Made by a program: the position numbers and the translations under genes
Assembly (NCBI GenBank): GCA_020848545.1
Contig: JADLHZ010000047.1
Coordinates: forward strand, 32,420-96,419
Source of the DNA: Deltaproteobacteria bacterium
GTDB lineage: Bacteria; Myxococcota; JADLHZ01
Length of the DNA stretch: 64,000 bases
Reading direction: 5' to 3'
The notes under the pieces: generated by a model
Database searches by the model: none
Told to the model about the DNA's origin: nothing
Seen by the model: the letters and a program-made list of their open reading frames with translations, nothing else
In this document: positions 55,881 to 64,000 of the stretch, one piece after another
Numbering within the stretch: position 1 is the stretch's first letter
Layout of the letters: every line of letters starts with the position of its first letter

Positions 55881-58874
55881 TCACGGTCGCCGGGGTCGCG
55901 GTGCCGTTCGCATGAAGGTTCGTCGCGCGCACGAGCAGCGGCGTACAGCGATGAGGCACAGCCCGGCGAGCCAAGCGAAGCTGCTTCCTTCGACCGCGGC
56001 GCACCCGCGCTGCACGGCCGTCACTTTCACGGTGTCTGGAATCACGACCGGCGGCGGCGCCGTGACCTCGAGGCTCGCCGTCGCCACATTGTTCGCGAGG
56101 TTGCCGTCGAATGGCGTCGCTTGCAGCGTGAAGGTGACGTTCTTGGCGCCGACAGCTGTGGCGTCGAGCCGCACGTTGAGGCGCAGCTTGGTGCCGCTCG
56201 GCAGCAGCGGCAGCGTGCACGGAAGCACAGGGCAGCTCGGGTGCGCCGTGCGCGGGTTGATCAGCGATTCATCTGGCGTGATCGAGAGCAGCGCCGCATC
56301 GACAGGCGAGGGTCCGAGGTTCGTGACGTCGACGCCGTAGGTGACGACGTCGCTCGCCACGGCGGTCTGCGGTGGCTGTACGATCGCCAAGCCGAGATCG
56401 GCGGCCGGAGCGATCGCGACTGCGACCGACGCGGTGTCGTTGCTGCTCAGCGTATCGAGGCTCGCGGGGGCGTTGATCGCCGCTTGCGCGGAAAAACTTC
56501 CGGCGGCGGTAGCGCTCACGCTCATCGTCACTGTTGCCTGCGCCGCCGCCGCGAGCGCGCCGAGCGCACACGTCACGACGGGCAACGCCGTCGTGCATGC
56601 GCCTTGGCTGCTCGTCGCCATCGCCAGCGTCGTCCCGGCGGGCAGAGCGAACGACAGCGCGGCCGGGTCGGCGAGCGAAGGGCCGGCGTTCGTGGCCGTC
56701 CAAGTGATCGCGAAGGTCTCGCCCGCGTGCGCTGTCGCCGGCGCCGCGCCGCTCACGGCGAGCTCGGAGGTCGTCGCTTCGATCGCGCCGATGTCGCAGC
56801 CCGCTCCTTGCGGCCGAGCGACCCCGCGTTGATCGATGTCGAGGAAGGTCGTCGGCCCGAGCTGCGTCGTGCACGCGCCGGCGGCGCCGCCGTCGATCGC
56901 CGGGCTGCCCGCGAGCGGCGCATGAAACGGCGGCTCGCCGGCAAGGGGCGCGAGCAGCGGATTGACGTTCAGGAGATCGGTCCCGCTCGGCGTCAACGTG
57001 AAGCCCGCGGTGCTGCCAAAGATGTTGTAGCCCTGTGACTCGAGCGAGCCGGTGACGTCAGGCGTCGTGCCACCGCCGCTGCCGTCCTTGTTGTTCGCGA
57101 TGATCGAGGCGTGGGCGCGAAAGGCGGAGATGACGCTCAAGCCGCCGCCGTCGCCGCTGCCGTCGTCATCGGAGTCGGCGATGTTGTCGACGATGGTGCT
57201 GTTGTAAAGGCTGGTCGTGTAGGCCGCGCCTCCTGCGCGAATGGCGCCGCCCAAACCCCGCGCACGGTTGTTGCTCATCGTCGAGTCGATGAGCGTCACG
57301 CCGCCGGACGCAAAGATAGCACCGCCGCTGTACGCGTTGTTGCCGGTGAAGACGCTGTGGGTAATGTAGACGCTGCCGCCCGCCGACACCGCGCCGCCGC
57401 TGCCGCCGGGCATCGCTTCGTTGTTGCGCATCCAAACCCGCGTCAGCGTCAGAGACGAACCGCCACCGGTTATGATGCCGCCGCCTCCGGCCGGAAAGGA
57501 ACCGTTCTCGATGGTCAAGTCGGCAAAGCCGCAGTAGCTCGAGAAGAGCTCAAAGGCGCGATCGACGTGATCGGCGTCGATGCGCGTGGCGAGCATGCCG
57601 GCCCCGCGGATGAGCATCGGCGTCATGACGTCGATGTCGCCGCCGGTGCTCGTGCTGCCGGTGAGCGAAAGCTTGAACGTGCCCGGCGCGAGCGTGACGA
57701 GGCGCGGGTAGTTCAAGGTCGCGGCTTCCTGCACGGCGGCGCGCAGTGAGCACGTGCCCGCGATGGTGCGGCAGCGGTCGTCGCCGATGACGTCGTCGAC
57801 GAGATCCAAGTGCTCGTCGACGAAGAACTCATCGAGCTCGACGGCGCCGATGTCGCACGCGGCACCCTGCGGGCGCGGCCTCCCCCGCTGATCCTTCAAC
57901 AGCGGAGCGCCGGTCTCGTCCACGCAGCTCGCCGGGCCGCCCTCGACGGCCGGCGTCGTCGGGTAGGGCAGCGGGGCGTAGGTCGGGCTCCGCGTGTCGT
58001 CCTGCCCGAAGCCTTGGTTGAACCCGATGAGATCCGTGCCGGCTTGGCCGGTGAGCACACAGCCGTTCTGCGAGATGACGTTATGGCCCGTCGTCGCGAT
58101 CGTCCCGACGCAGTCCTTGACGCCGCCGGTGCACGCGCTCGTCGTCGTCCCCGTCAGAATCGAGTTGCCGATGCTGACGCTCGCGGGCGCTGCGACGTGA
58201 AGTGCGCCCTTACACGGACCCGTCGTTTGCTCGATGTTGCCGAGGATCGTCACGTGGCTCATGCGCACGGTGCCGCCGGTGACGAGCACCGCCGAGCCCG
58301 ATTGCGACGCCGACGAGAGGTTGCCGACGAACGCCGTGTTCCTGGCATTGAAGGTTCCGCCGGCGACCGTGATGGCGGGGCCGTTGTTGCCACGCAGGGC
58401 GACAGAATCGAGCGTGAGCGTGGTCCCGACCGCGATGATGATGCCGCCGAGCACAGACGCCCCACCGCGCACGTCCAAGTCGACGAGCGTGAGATTCGCG
58501 CCGGCCCGCAGGTCGAAGACGCGATCGAGGCCGTTGGCGTCGATGATCGGATGATCGCCGCGCCCGCGGATGACCATGAAGGACGTGATGTCGAGATCGC
58601 CGGTGAGCGCCGCGTCCTCGGCTTGGCCCGCCACGGACATCTCGCAGATCGCGTCGCCGGGGACGTAGATCGTGTCGATCGCGCCGACGGAGCCCGCCGG
58701 GCATTCATTGACGGCGACGTTCGTGTTCGCGGCGCGAACCGCCTCGCGCAAGCTGCAGGCGCCGTCGACCGCGATGATGTCCGTACACGGGCTCGAGACA
58801 TCGATGGTCGCGGCGCGCGCCCCGAAGCTGACACAGAGTCCGAGCACGAACGTGGCGAACGCGGCTGCCCTCAT
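55881..58874 (-). CDS. Secreted 997-aa surface protein: CSLREA/choice-of-anchor-Q N-domain, right-handed beta-helix repeats, DUF11 repeats, MYXO-CTERM-like sorting tail
   Basis: Signal peptide MRAAAFATFVLGLCVSFGARAA. DGACSLREAV motif. Repeated ...CDIGAVE/CDIGAIE beta-helix caps. DUF11-type TNAGPS repeats. C-terminal Cys...hydrophobic...RR tail (QRGCAAVEGSSFAWLAGLCLIAVRRCSCARR). Confidence 0.75.
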   Translation of the reverse strand: MRAAAFATFVLGLCVSFGARAATIDVSSPCTDIIAVDGACSLREAVRAANTNVAVNECPAGSVGAIDTIYVPGDAICEMSVAGQAEDAALTGDLDITSFMVIRGRGDHPIIDANGLDRVFDLRAGANLTLVDLDVRGGASVLGGIIIAVGTTLTLDSVALRGNNGPAITVAGGTFNARNTAFVGNLSSASQSGSAVLVTGGTVRMSHVTILGNIEQTTGPCKGALHVAAPASVSIGNSILTGTTTSACTGGVKDCVGTIATTGHNVISQNGCVLTGQAGTDLIGFNQGFGQDDTRSPTYAPLPYPTTPAVEGGPASCVDETGAPLLKDQRGRPRPQGAACDIGAVELDEFFVDEHLDLVDDVIGDDRCRTIAGTCSLRAAVQEAATLNYPRLVTLAPGTFKLSLTGSTSTGGDIDVMTPMLIRGAGMLATRIDADHVDRAFELFSSYCGFADLTIENGSFPAGGGGIITGGGSSLTLTRVWMRNNEAMPGGSGGAVSAGGSVYITHSVFTGNNAYSGGAIFASGGVTLIDSTMSNNRARGLGGAIRAGGAAYTTSLYNSTIVDNIADSDDDGSGDGGGLSVISAFRAHASIIANNKDGSGGGTTPDVTGSLESQGYNIFGSTAGFTLTPSGTDLLNVNPLLAPLAGEPPFHAPLAGSPAIDGGAAGACTTQLGPTTFLDIDQRGVARPQGAGCDIGAIEATTSELAVSGAAPATAHAGETFAITWTATNAGPSLADPAALSFALPAGTTLAMATSSQGACTTALPVVTCALGALAAAAQATVTMSVSATAAGSFSAQAAINAPASLDTLSSNDTASVAVAIAPAADLGLAIVQPPQTAVASDVVTYGVDVTNLGPSPVDAALLSITPDESLINPRTAHPSCPVLPCTLPLLPSGTKLRLNVRLDATAVGAKNVTFTLQATPFDGNLANNVATASLEVTAPPPVVIPDTVKVTAVQRGCAAVEGSSFAWLAGLCLIAVRRCSCARRTFMRTAPRPRRP

Positions 58875-60556
58875 GGCGCCGCCACGAGCAAGAGCGCGTT
58901 CTCGACACCGCTCGTCCTGGTCTCGCTGCCGACGACGAGCACACGCCCGAGCGCCGTCACCGCGAGACCGTTGCCAGCGCTGTAGCCCGCACCGTCGCGG
59001 AACAAGGTCCAGCGCAGGGCGCCGTCGGGAGTATAACTGCGCACGAAGAGATCATAGCCGCCGCCGCGCGTCACGGCACCCGTCACGATGACGTTGCCCG
59101 CGGCGTCGAGGGCGATGGCGTTGCCCGCGTCGCTGCCGTGGTCGGGTCCATCGAATCGGCGCGCCCACACCGTGTCGCCGTTCGTGTTGTACTTGCGGAT
59201 GCAAACGTCGCGTCCCCCGTTCGCTGTGCTCTCGAAGCCGACGACGTAGACGTCGCCGCTCGGCGCGCACGCGATAGCCTGCGCGCCGTCGTCGAGGCCG
59301 CCAGCACCCGCGTAGAGCCGATCCCAATACAGGCCGCCGACGTTTGTCAGCTTCCTGACGATGAGATCGGTGCGCGCGCCGATGCGCAAAGCGCCGGCGA
59401 CGAAGATGCTGCCATTAGAGTCGACGCAGGCGTCGTTGGCGCGGCCCGGCCACTGCGAGCCCCAGCTCTTCATGCCGGCGCTGTTGGTGTCGAGCTGTTG
59501 CGTCTCGCAGACGAGCGCGCTCTCTAGCGGCGCGATGACGTGGCCGGCGGCCGTGAGCGCAACGCCGTGGGCGACGAAGTCGGCGTCGGACTTGGTCCAT
59601 TGCACGGCGAGGCTGGGACTGTACTTGCGCACGAACGCGTCGGCGCCCGCGTGGCCCGCGACGACGATGTTTCCGGGCCCGTCGATGGCGACGCCGTAGA
59701 GCTCGTCGATGCTGTTCGCGCCGCTGTTGTACGTCGCGGTCAATCCGGGGTCGAAGATCCAGGTGCTGCCGGCGCTCGTCGCGCGCATGAGCCACGCGTT
59801 GCGCCCCTCGGAGGCGACGGTAACGTAGCCCGTGACGATCGCTGCCTCGGCGCCTGCGCTGGCTGCGACCGCGAACGCTTCGGCGTTGGCGCTGTCGTCG
59901 CCTGGGTAAGCCGTTTCTGCGACGATCTCCGGGTCGCAGCCGCCGTCGGTGCAGCCGTGCGCGCATGGCGTGGTCGTCAGCGACAGGCAACCGTCAGCAT
60001 CGAGCGCGCAGCTCGTGAGCGCGCCGCCAACGCAGGCGATGCCGACCGAAGCGCAGGTGTCGACGCAGGCGGCGCAGTGCGCGGCGTCGATGCAAGCACC
60101 GCTGCCGCACGCGACGGCTGCGCCCAGCGCGAGGCACTCCCCGGCGCCTTGCTCGCAGGTACGGATTTGCCCGCTCTCGCACGTCGTCGCCCCCGCCGCC
60201 GCGCACGGATCCATACACGGCTCCGGCGCCGCCGCCACTTCGAGATCGACGTCGTAGACGCGGCCGACGGCAGCGACGCGCAAGTGCAGCAGGCCCGGGC
60301 GCGCGGGTCGCACGACGCGCCCGTCGATCTCGGCGCCGTCCTCGGGCTGGGCGACGACCGTGGCCTGCTGCGACACATCTTCAACGCGGCTCGCATACTT
60401 GGCAAAGACGTTCAGGAGAAAGCTCTTGCCCTCGGTCGGCGCGTCCGGCACGCCGATGACGACGAGCTCCGGTGGCGCGTCGCGCATCCGCAGCGCAAAG
60501 CAGCCTTGCAACGCCACCAGCGCCAGTGCCCAAGCCGCCTTCGACATGCGGATCAT
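58871..60556 (-). CDS. Lipoprotein with Cys-rich module and SBBP (beta-propeller, PF06739-like) repeats
   Basis: Start at MIRMSKAAWALALVALQGC (lipobox). Repeats of the form DxFVRKY...G...W. The stop overlaps the ATG of the CSLREA gene (ATGA). The ORF-track N-extension is Arg-rich junk. Confidence 0.65.
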   Translation of the reverse strand: MIRMSKAAWALALVALQGCFALRMRDAPPELVVIGVPDAPTEGKSFLLNVFAKYASRVEDVSQQATVVAQPEDGAEIDGRVVRPARPGLLHLRVAAVGRVYDVDLEVAAAPEPCMDPCAAAGATTCESGQIRTCEQGAGECLALGAAVACGSGACIDAAHCAACVDTCASVGIACVGGALTSCALDADGCLSLTTTPCAHGCTDGGCDPEIVAETAYPGDDSANAEAFAVAASAGAEAAIVTGYVTVASEGRNAWLMRATSAGSTWIFDPGLTATYNSGANSIDELYGVAIDGPGNIVVAGHAGADAFVRKYSPSLAVQWTKSDADFVAHGVALTAAGHVIAPLESALVCETQQLDTNSAGMKSWGSQWPGRANDACVDSNGSIFVAGALRIGARTDLIVRKLTNVGGLYWDRLYAGAGGLDDGAQAIACAPSGDVYVVGFESTANGGRDVCIRKYNTNGDTVWARRFDGPDHGSDAGNAIALDAAGNVIVTGAVTRGGGYDLFVRSYTPDGALRWTLFRDGAGYSAGNGLAVTALGRVLVVGSETRTSGVENALLLVAAP

Positions 60557-60887
60557 CTTACGCGCGTGCGCGGCCGTGCGCCCCGTTTTGATGTCGGATG
60601 CCGGGCATGACCTCGCCGCTGGAAAGCCTGACGCCGGCAAACGAGGGCTTCGTCCGCGTCGTGTGCGGAGCGTGCAAGCACGCGCGCGTCGTCGGGTTCT
60701 CCTGTAAAGGTCGCGCCGTCTGCACTCGTGTGTCGGTCGCAAGATGAACGCGCTTTCTTTGCCCCTTTTCGATCATGTCGTGCCCGACGTACCTCTTCGT
60801 CCGTTCGTGCTCACGCTGCCCGTGCCGCTGCGCATCCTCGTCGCGAGGGACAAACGCTTGCCGCTCGGTCGAGGCGTGATGCAACCC

Positions 60888-61490
60888 CTATGGCGTCGGC
60901 CGCGGCGCGGCGACCCACGTGACTTGTAGCACGAGGACGCCCTTCGCCGGCGCCGCCTGCTCCGGCAGGAGCGTCACCCGACCAGAGACGTTCGCGAGGT
61001 CGAGATAGGAGCGGCAAACGCCGATCATGCCCTTGGCAAGTGCCTCCATTGCGCGCGCGTCGACCCGCAAGTTGTGCAACCTCAGCTCCACGTCGTTGGG
61101 ACCCCGTGCCGTCAGGCTGACGTCACAGACCTCGCGAAAGACCAGAGGCCAAGCCCTTGGTACCGCCTTGAGGACGGTCAGCGGGGTCAGACCGAGGACG
61201 GTTCGAATCGACCCGACCATTGGCCGGAGCAAGGCAGAGTCCATCAAGCGCGCGTTCACGCCGCGCCAAAGATCGGCGTAGTGCTCATCACCGAGAGCCG
61301 CTAGCGCCGGGACAGCCAGCGCCGCCAAGTCGGGGAAGGGGAGCCAATTCACCGCGCTAGCGTTCTCGATGTGGTCGAGCCGCACCGGCCCCAGCTCGCG
61401 GCGCAACATCGCCTCGTGGTTGGTGTCGGCCAAGGCGCGTAAAAGCGTTCTCGCGACGATGGCGCGAACAAGTGGCGGCGCTGGCGACAT
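60888..61490 (-). CDS. DUF2378-like (TIGR02265 family) protein
   Basis: About 200 aa from MSPAPPLVRAIVA. Family-like length and conserved W/L spacing compared with 27943..28533. Weaker than the first copy. Confidence 0.4.
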   Translation of the reverse strand: MSPAPPLVRAIVARTLLRALADTNHEAMLRRELGPVRLDHIENASAVNWLPFPDLAALAVPALAALGDEHYADLWRGVNARLMDSALLRPMVGSIRTVLGLTPLTVLKAVPRAWPLVFREVCDVSLTARGPNDVELRLHNLRVDARAMEALAKGMIGVCRSYLDLANVSGRVTLLPEQAAPAKGVLVLQVTWVAAPRPTP

Positions 61491-61551
61491 CAGTTTGCAT
61501 TCTAGCCTAGCCCCGAGCGCGGCGCCGCCGCCAGAGTGGGACTCCAGGCTC

Positions 61552-63216
61552 TCAGCGGTCGACGGCCTGGCGCAAGAGCTCCGCGACGACCCGACGTAGC
61601 TCACTCGGCAACACCGGCTTTTGGAGGAAGTGGAACTGACTCCTCTCGACGCCGTCCACCATCACGTCGTCGAGGAGGTGTCCGGAGCAGACCAGGACCG
61701 GCGTCCGCGGATAGCGCGTCTTGAACGAACGGATGAGGGCGCCCGGGTTGCCATCTGGCAAGACGGCGTCACTGAGGAAGAGATCGAAGGGCGCATGGGC
61801 GGCGACGGCGGCCTCGGCTTCCCGCACGGTCGAAGCGGTCGTGACCGCGTGGCCAGTCGCGCGCAGCACGAGAGCGAACGCGCGCTGCACGGCAGGGTCG
61901 TCTTCCAGCAGCAAGATTTTCGCCCCCCTCGCCGCGGGCTCCGTCGTCACCCTCGCTTCGCTCGCGCTTGCGGCGACGGGAACAAAGAGCGCGGCCGAAG
62001 AGGCCTTGGTGGGGTCGGTCGGCACCTCCAGGCGGCCGCCGCACGATGCCGCGACGTCTCGCACGACGGGCAAGCCGAGCGCGGCGCCGACACCGTGAGG
62101 TTTTGGCGTCGAGGGGTTTGGCGTGCCACACGCGTTCTCTGCCTCGACGTCGATGCGAACGAACGCGCCGTCACGCTCGGCGCGCAGCCGCAACACCCCG
62201 CCGCCGGGCATCGCATCGCGGGCGTCGAGGCACAACGCGAGGAGCGCCTGTTCGAGGGCCCCCGCGCTCAGCGCGACGTGCGGCACGAGAGCGGTCTTGG
62301 CTTCGATGCGGAACGTTTCCGGAAAGACCCGCTGTAACATCTTGGCCAGCAGCGGCAGCGCCGCGGTCGGATCCGTCGTGCCGCCCGGCGCGTGCCCTTG
62401 TCGGGATAACGACAGGAGCTGCCGCGTCGTCGCTCGTGCGGACGCCGCCGCCGCGTCGAGATCGTCGAGCACCTCGGCGCGCTGTGCGTCGTCCGTCAGC
62501 CGGCGCAGCGAATCGAGCCCGGAAACGATGACCGTGAGGATGTTGTTGAAGTCGTGCGCGACGCCGCCCGACAGGCGCCCGAGCATCTCCAACCGCTGCC
62601 GCGCCAGGCGTTCGTTCACCACGCGCTCGTGTGCTGCGCGAGCCTCGGCTGCATCGCGCGAGGCCCGCACCAGGCTTCGCAGGAGGTACTGAAGCGTGGC
62701 GCCAAGCGCGACCGCCGATCCCCAAAGGGATGCGACCATGCGTGACCACCCGGCCAAGCCGTCGTGCATGCGCGGCCATGGCACGGCGAGCTGCCCGCTC
62801 TCGATGAGCCATCCGCAGGCGAGAAGCGCGCTCGGCAGCACCAACGCCGGGACGACGATCGCGTCCAAGAAGAACGCGGCGAAGAGCACCCAGAGCAGGA
62901 ACATCACTCCGGTGCCCATCAGCGGGCCGAACTGAAAGAGCGCGGCGAGCGACACCGGCAGAAACGAGGCGACGAGCACGATCCCGCCCGCGCGGGCGCC
63001 CCGTTTGCGCACGAAGAAGAGCGCGGCCGTGGCTCCGAAGAAGATGGCGAGCTCGATGATCAGAGCGCGAACGTCGTGTCCGCGTGCACGCCCCTGAACG
63101 AGCGCCGCCACGAGCAACAAGTTCCCGAGCACGGCCAGAATTCGACACCCGCGCAGCAAGCTCAGGCGCACCTCTTCTAGCTTTCGATCGATCTCGCTGG
63201 AGGACACGAGCGGCAA
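61552..63216 (-). CDS. Hybrid sensor histidine kinase/response regulator (multi-TM sensor, HisKA, HATPase_c, C-terminal REC)
   Basis: H-box GGVAHDFNNILTVI. ATPase G-boxes. Receiver KILLLEDDPAVQ...DLFLSD with phospho-Asp. Start codon (TTG 63216 or a nearby GTG) is uncertain. Confidence 0.8.
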   Translation of the reverse strand: MPLVSSSEIDRKLEEVRLSLLRGCRILAVLGNLLLVAALVQGRARGHDVRALIIELAIFFGATAALFFVRKRGARAGGIVLVASFLPVSLAALFQFGPLMGTGVMFLLWVLFAAFFLDAIVVPALVLPSALLACGWLIESGQLAVPWPRMHDGLAGWSRMVASLWGSAVALGATLQYLLRSLVRASRDAAEARAAHERVVNERLARQRLEMLGRLSGGVAHDFNNILTVIVSGLDSLRRLTDDAQRAEVLDDLDAAAASARATTRQLLSLSRQGHAPGGTTDPTAALPLLAKMLQRVFPETFRIEAKTALVPHVALSAGALEQALLALCLDARDAMPGGGVLRLRAERDGAFVRIDVEAENACGTPNPSTPKPHGVGAALGLPVVRDVAASCGGRLEVPTDPTKASSAALFVPVAASASEARVTTEPAARGAKILLLEDDPAVQRAFALVLRATGHAVTTASTVREAEAAVAAHAPFDLFLSDAVLPDGNPGALIRSFKTRYPRTPVLVCSGHLLDDVMVDGVERSQFHFLQKPVLPSELRRVVAELLRQAVDR

Positions 63217-63499
63217 GCGCTACGTCACGTCGGCAGCAAAGTCAGCGGTCGAACTCGCTTTCGGCCGCAGATCCCCGCCTCGCGCTGTCCATAGACGCTC
63301 GCCGGAACACCGATCCGCGTTGCCTGCAGCGAGTCCCGCAACCGCATGTAGCCGTTGACGTCGCCGTCGACGAACAAGGCGATGTTCGAGGCGAGACGAA
63401 AGCCGTTTCGAGCTCATTGCTCAAGACGAACTTCAACGCAGCACGCGTATCTACTCGATCGGGGACGATAAACAGGGCGGTTGGGAACGCCTATGCCCT

Positions 63500-64000
63500 T
63501 CAGTCTGCTGGCGGGGTCTGGTCGGCGCCGATGTCCCAAGCCGCCGGCGGCTCGGGGCGCTTTTCGCCTTCCACGTCGCGCGAGAACGAGAACTGCACAG
63601 CGTTCGTGAGGTTGGCGCCGCGGCCGCGAGCCCCAGCATCCGCAGGGCTCAAGCGGTAGTCTGAAACGCCGCGAAAGGTGAACGCTTGCCCCGATCGGTT
63701 GCTCGGATCCCCCGTGAAGCTCAAGCCCGGGGCGTCGTTTGCGGCGCAGTGGTCGATGCCACCGGTGACTTGGAAGGTGTTGCCGCTCGGCGCATATCCG
63801 AGCGCGTTGCGCAGAACACACGTCCAGCTCGGGTGGCCACTCGGACTGCACAAGAAGGCCGAGCCGGGCCCGAGCACAGCGGCGGTGAGTGAGTACATGA
63901 GGTAGGTCGACCAGTCGTCGTTCATGAGAAAGCCGTCCCCAGCTTGGTCGACGACCGCGACGTCATTCCACAGGCGATAGATCGCATTGCCGTTGCTGGT
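63500..64000 (-). CDS. C-terminal part of a second beta-helix/choice-of-anchor-Q-like secreted protein (5' end beyond the window)
   Basis: The frame is open to nt 64000. The ...PAAWDIGADQ terminal cap resembles the CDIGAVE caps of the 997-aa protein. Confidence 0.4.
   Translation of the reverse strand, partial: TSNGNAIYRLWNDVAVVDQAGDGFLMNDDWSTYLMYSLTAAVLGPGSAFLCSPSGHPSWTCVLRNALGYAPSGNTFQVTGGIDHCAANDAPGLSFTGDPSNRSGQAFTFRGVSDYRLSPADAGARGRGANLTNAVQFSFSRDVEGEKRPEPPAAWDIGADQTPPAD

Noticed and set aside
58871-60742. ORF-track N-terminal extensions (e.g. 60557..60742 of the SBBP lipoprotein gene, 22855..22896 of prkA, 30613..31335 of the methyltransferase, 50809..50889 of the SycD-like gene)
   Set aside because: The extensions are Arg-rich, overlap divergent genes or precede clear signal peptides or conserved N-termini. 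Internal ATG/GTG starts with RBS were preferred.
61195-61225. tRNA-like T-loop sequence GGTTCGAATCGACCCGACCA
   Set aside because: It lies inside the coding frame of the DUF2378-like gene. No cloverleaf (acceptor or anticodon stems) can be formed. No other tRNA-like elements were found.

Overview
High-GC (~70%) bacterial chromosome segment with strong Myxococcales signatures: MYXO-CTERM tail, CSLREA/choice-of-anchor-Q beta-helix proteins, SBBP beta-propeller repeats and DUF2378/TIGR02265 paralogs. Genes are tightly packed and many neighbours share overlapping stop/start codons (ATGA, GTGA, TGATG). No rRNA or tRNA genes, CRISPR arrays, transposases or integrases were found. The middle of the window (about 20.8-45.6 kb) is mostly housekeeping or ordinary genes: prkA, mltG, ruvX, a patatin-like lipase, phaR, a class II aldolase, two orphan EutN/CcmL microcompartment vertex genes, MidA-like methyltransferases, a sugar nucleotidyltransferase, dCMP deaminase, aspartokinase, folE, iscS/iscA, an MFS transporter, a GH5 lipoprotein, and one unusual ATP-grasp-like/M32 carboxypeptidase fusion. 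The main finding is a type III secretion translocon-like gene set that lacks any injectisome core gene in this window. At 48.5-55.8 kb a SycD/LcrH-family class II chaperone overlaps a 580-aa IpaB/YopB-like protein with two central hydrophobic hairpins. Two paralogous 160-aa TPR chaperone-like genes there are paired with a 470-aa and an 811-aa signal-peptide-less, low-complexity protein. A fourth SycD-like TPR gene and an 834-aa paralogue of the 811-aa protein lie at 8-12 kb. The large proteins share an N-terminal helical motif and a conserved C-terminal amphipathic helix that recalls the polymerisation helices of T3SS needle/tip or flagellar axial proteins. Other notable features: three paralogous atypical protein-kinase-like genes, each the last gene of a different operon (after yeaH-spoVR-TfoX, after an LRR protein, after a GT4 glycosyltransferase), one carrying a perfect 4 x 15-bp in-frame tandem repeat; and an operon of an SBBP lipoprotein with a 997-aa CSLREA/beta-helix/DUF11/MYXO-CTERM surface protein. 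The ORF track begins many ORFs at GTG/TTG, so several start positions are approximate (within a few codons). Long antisense ORFs are treated as GC-frame artefacts.
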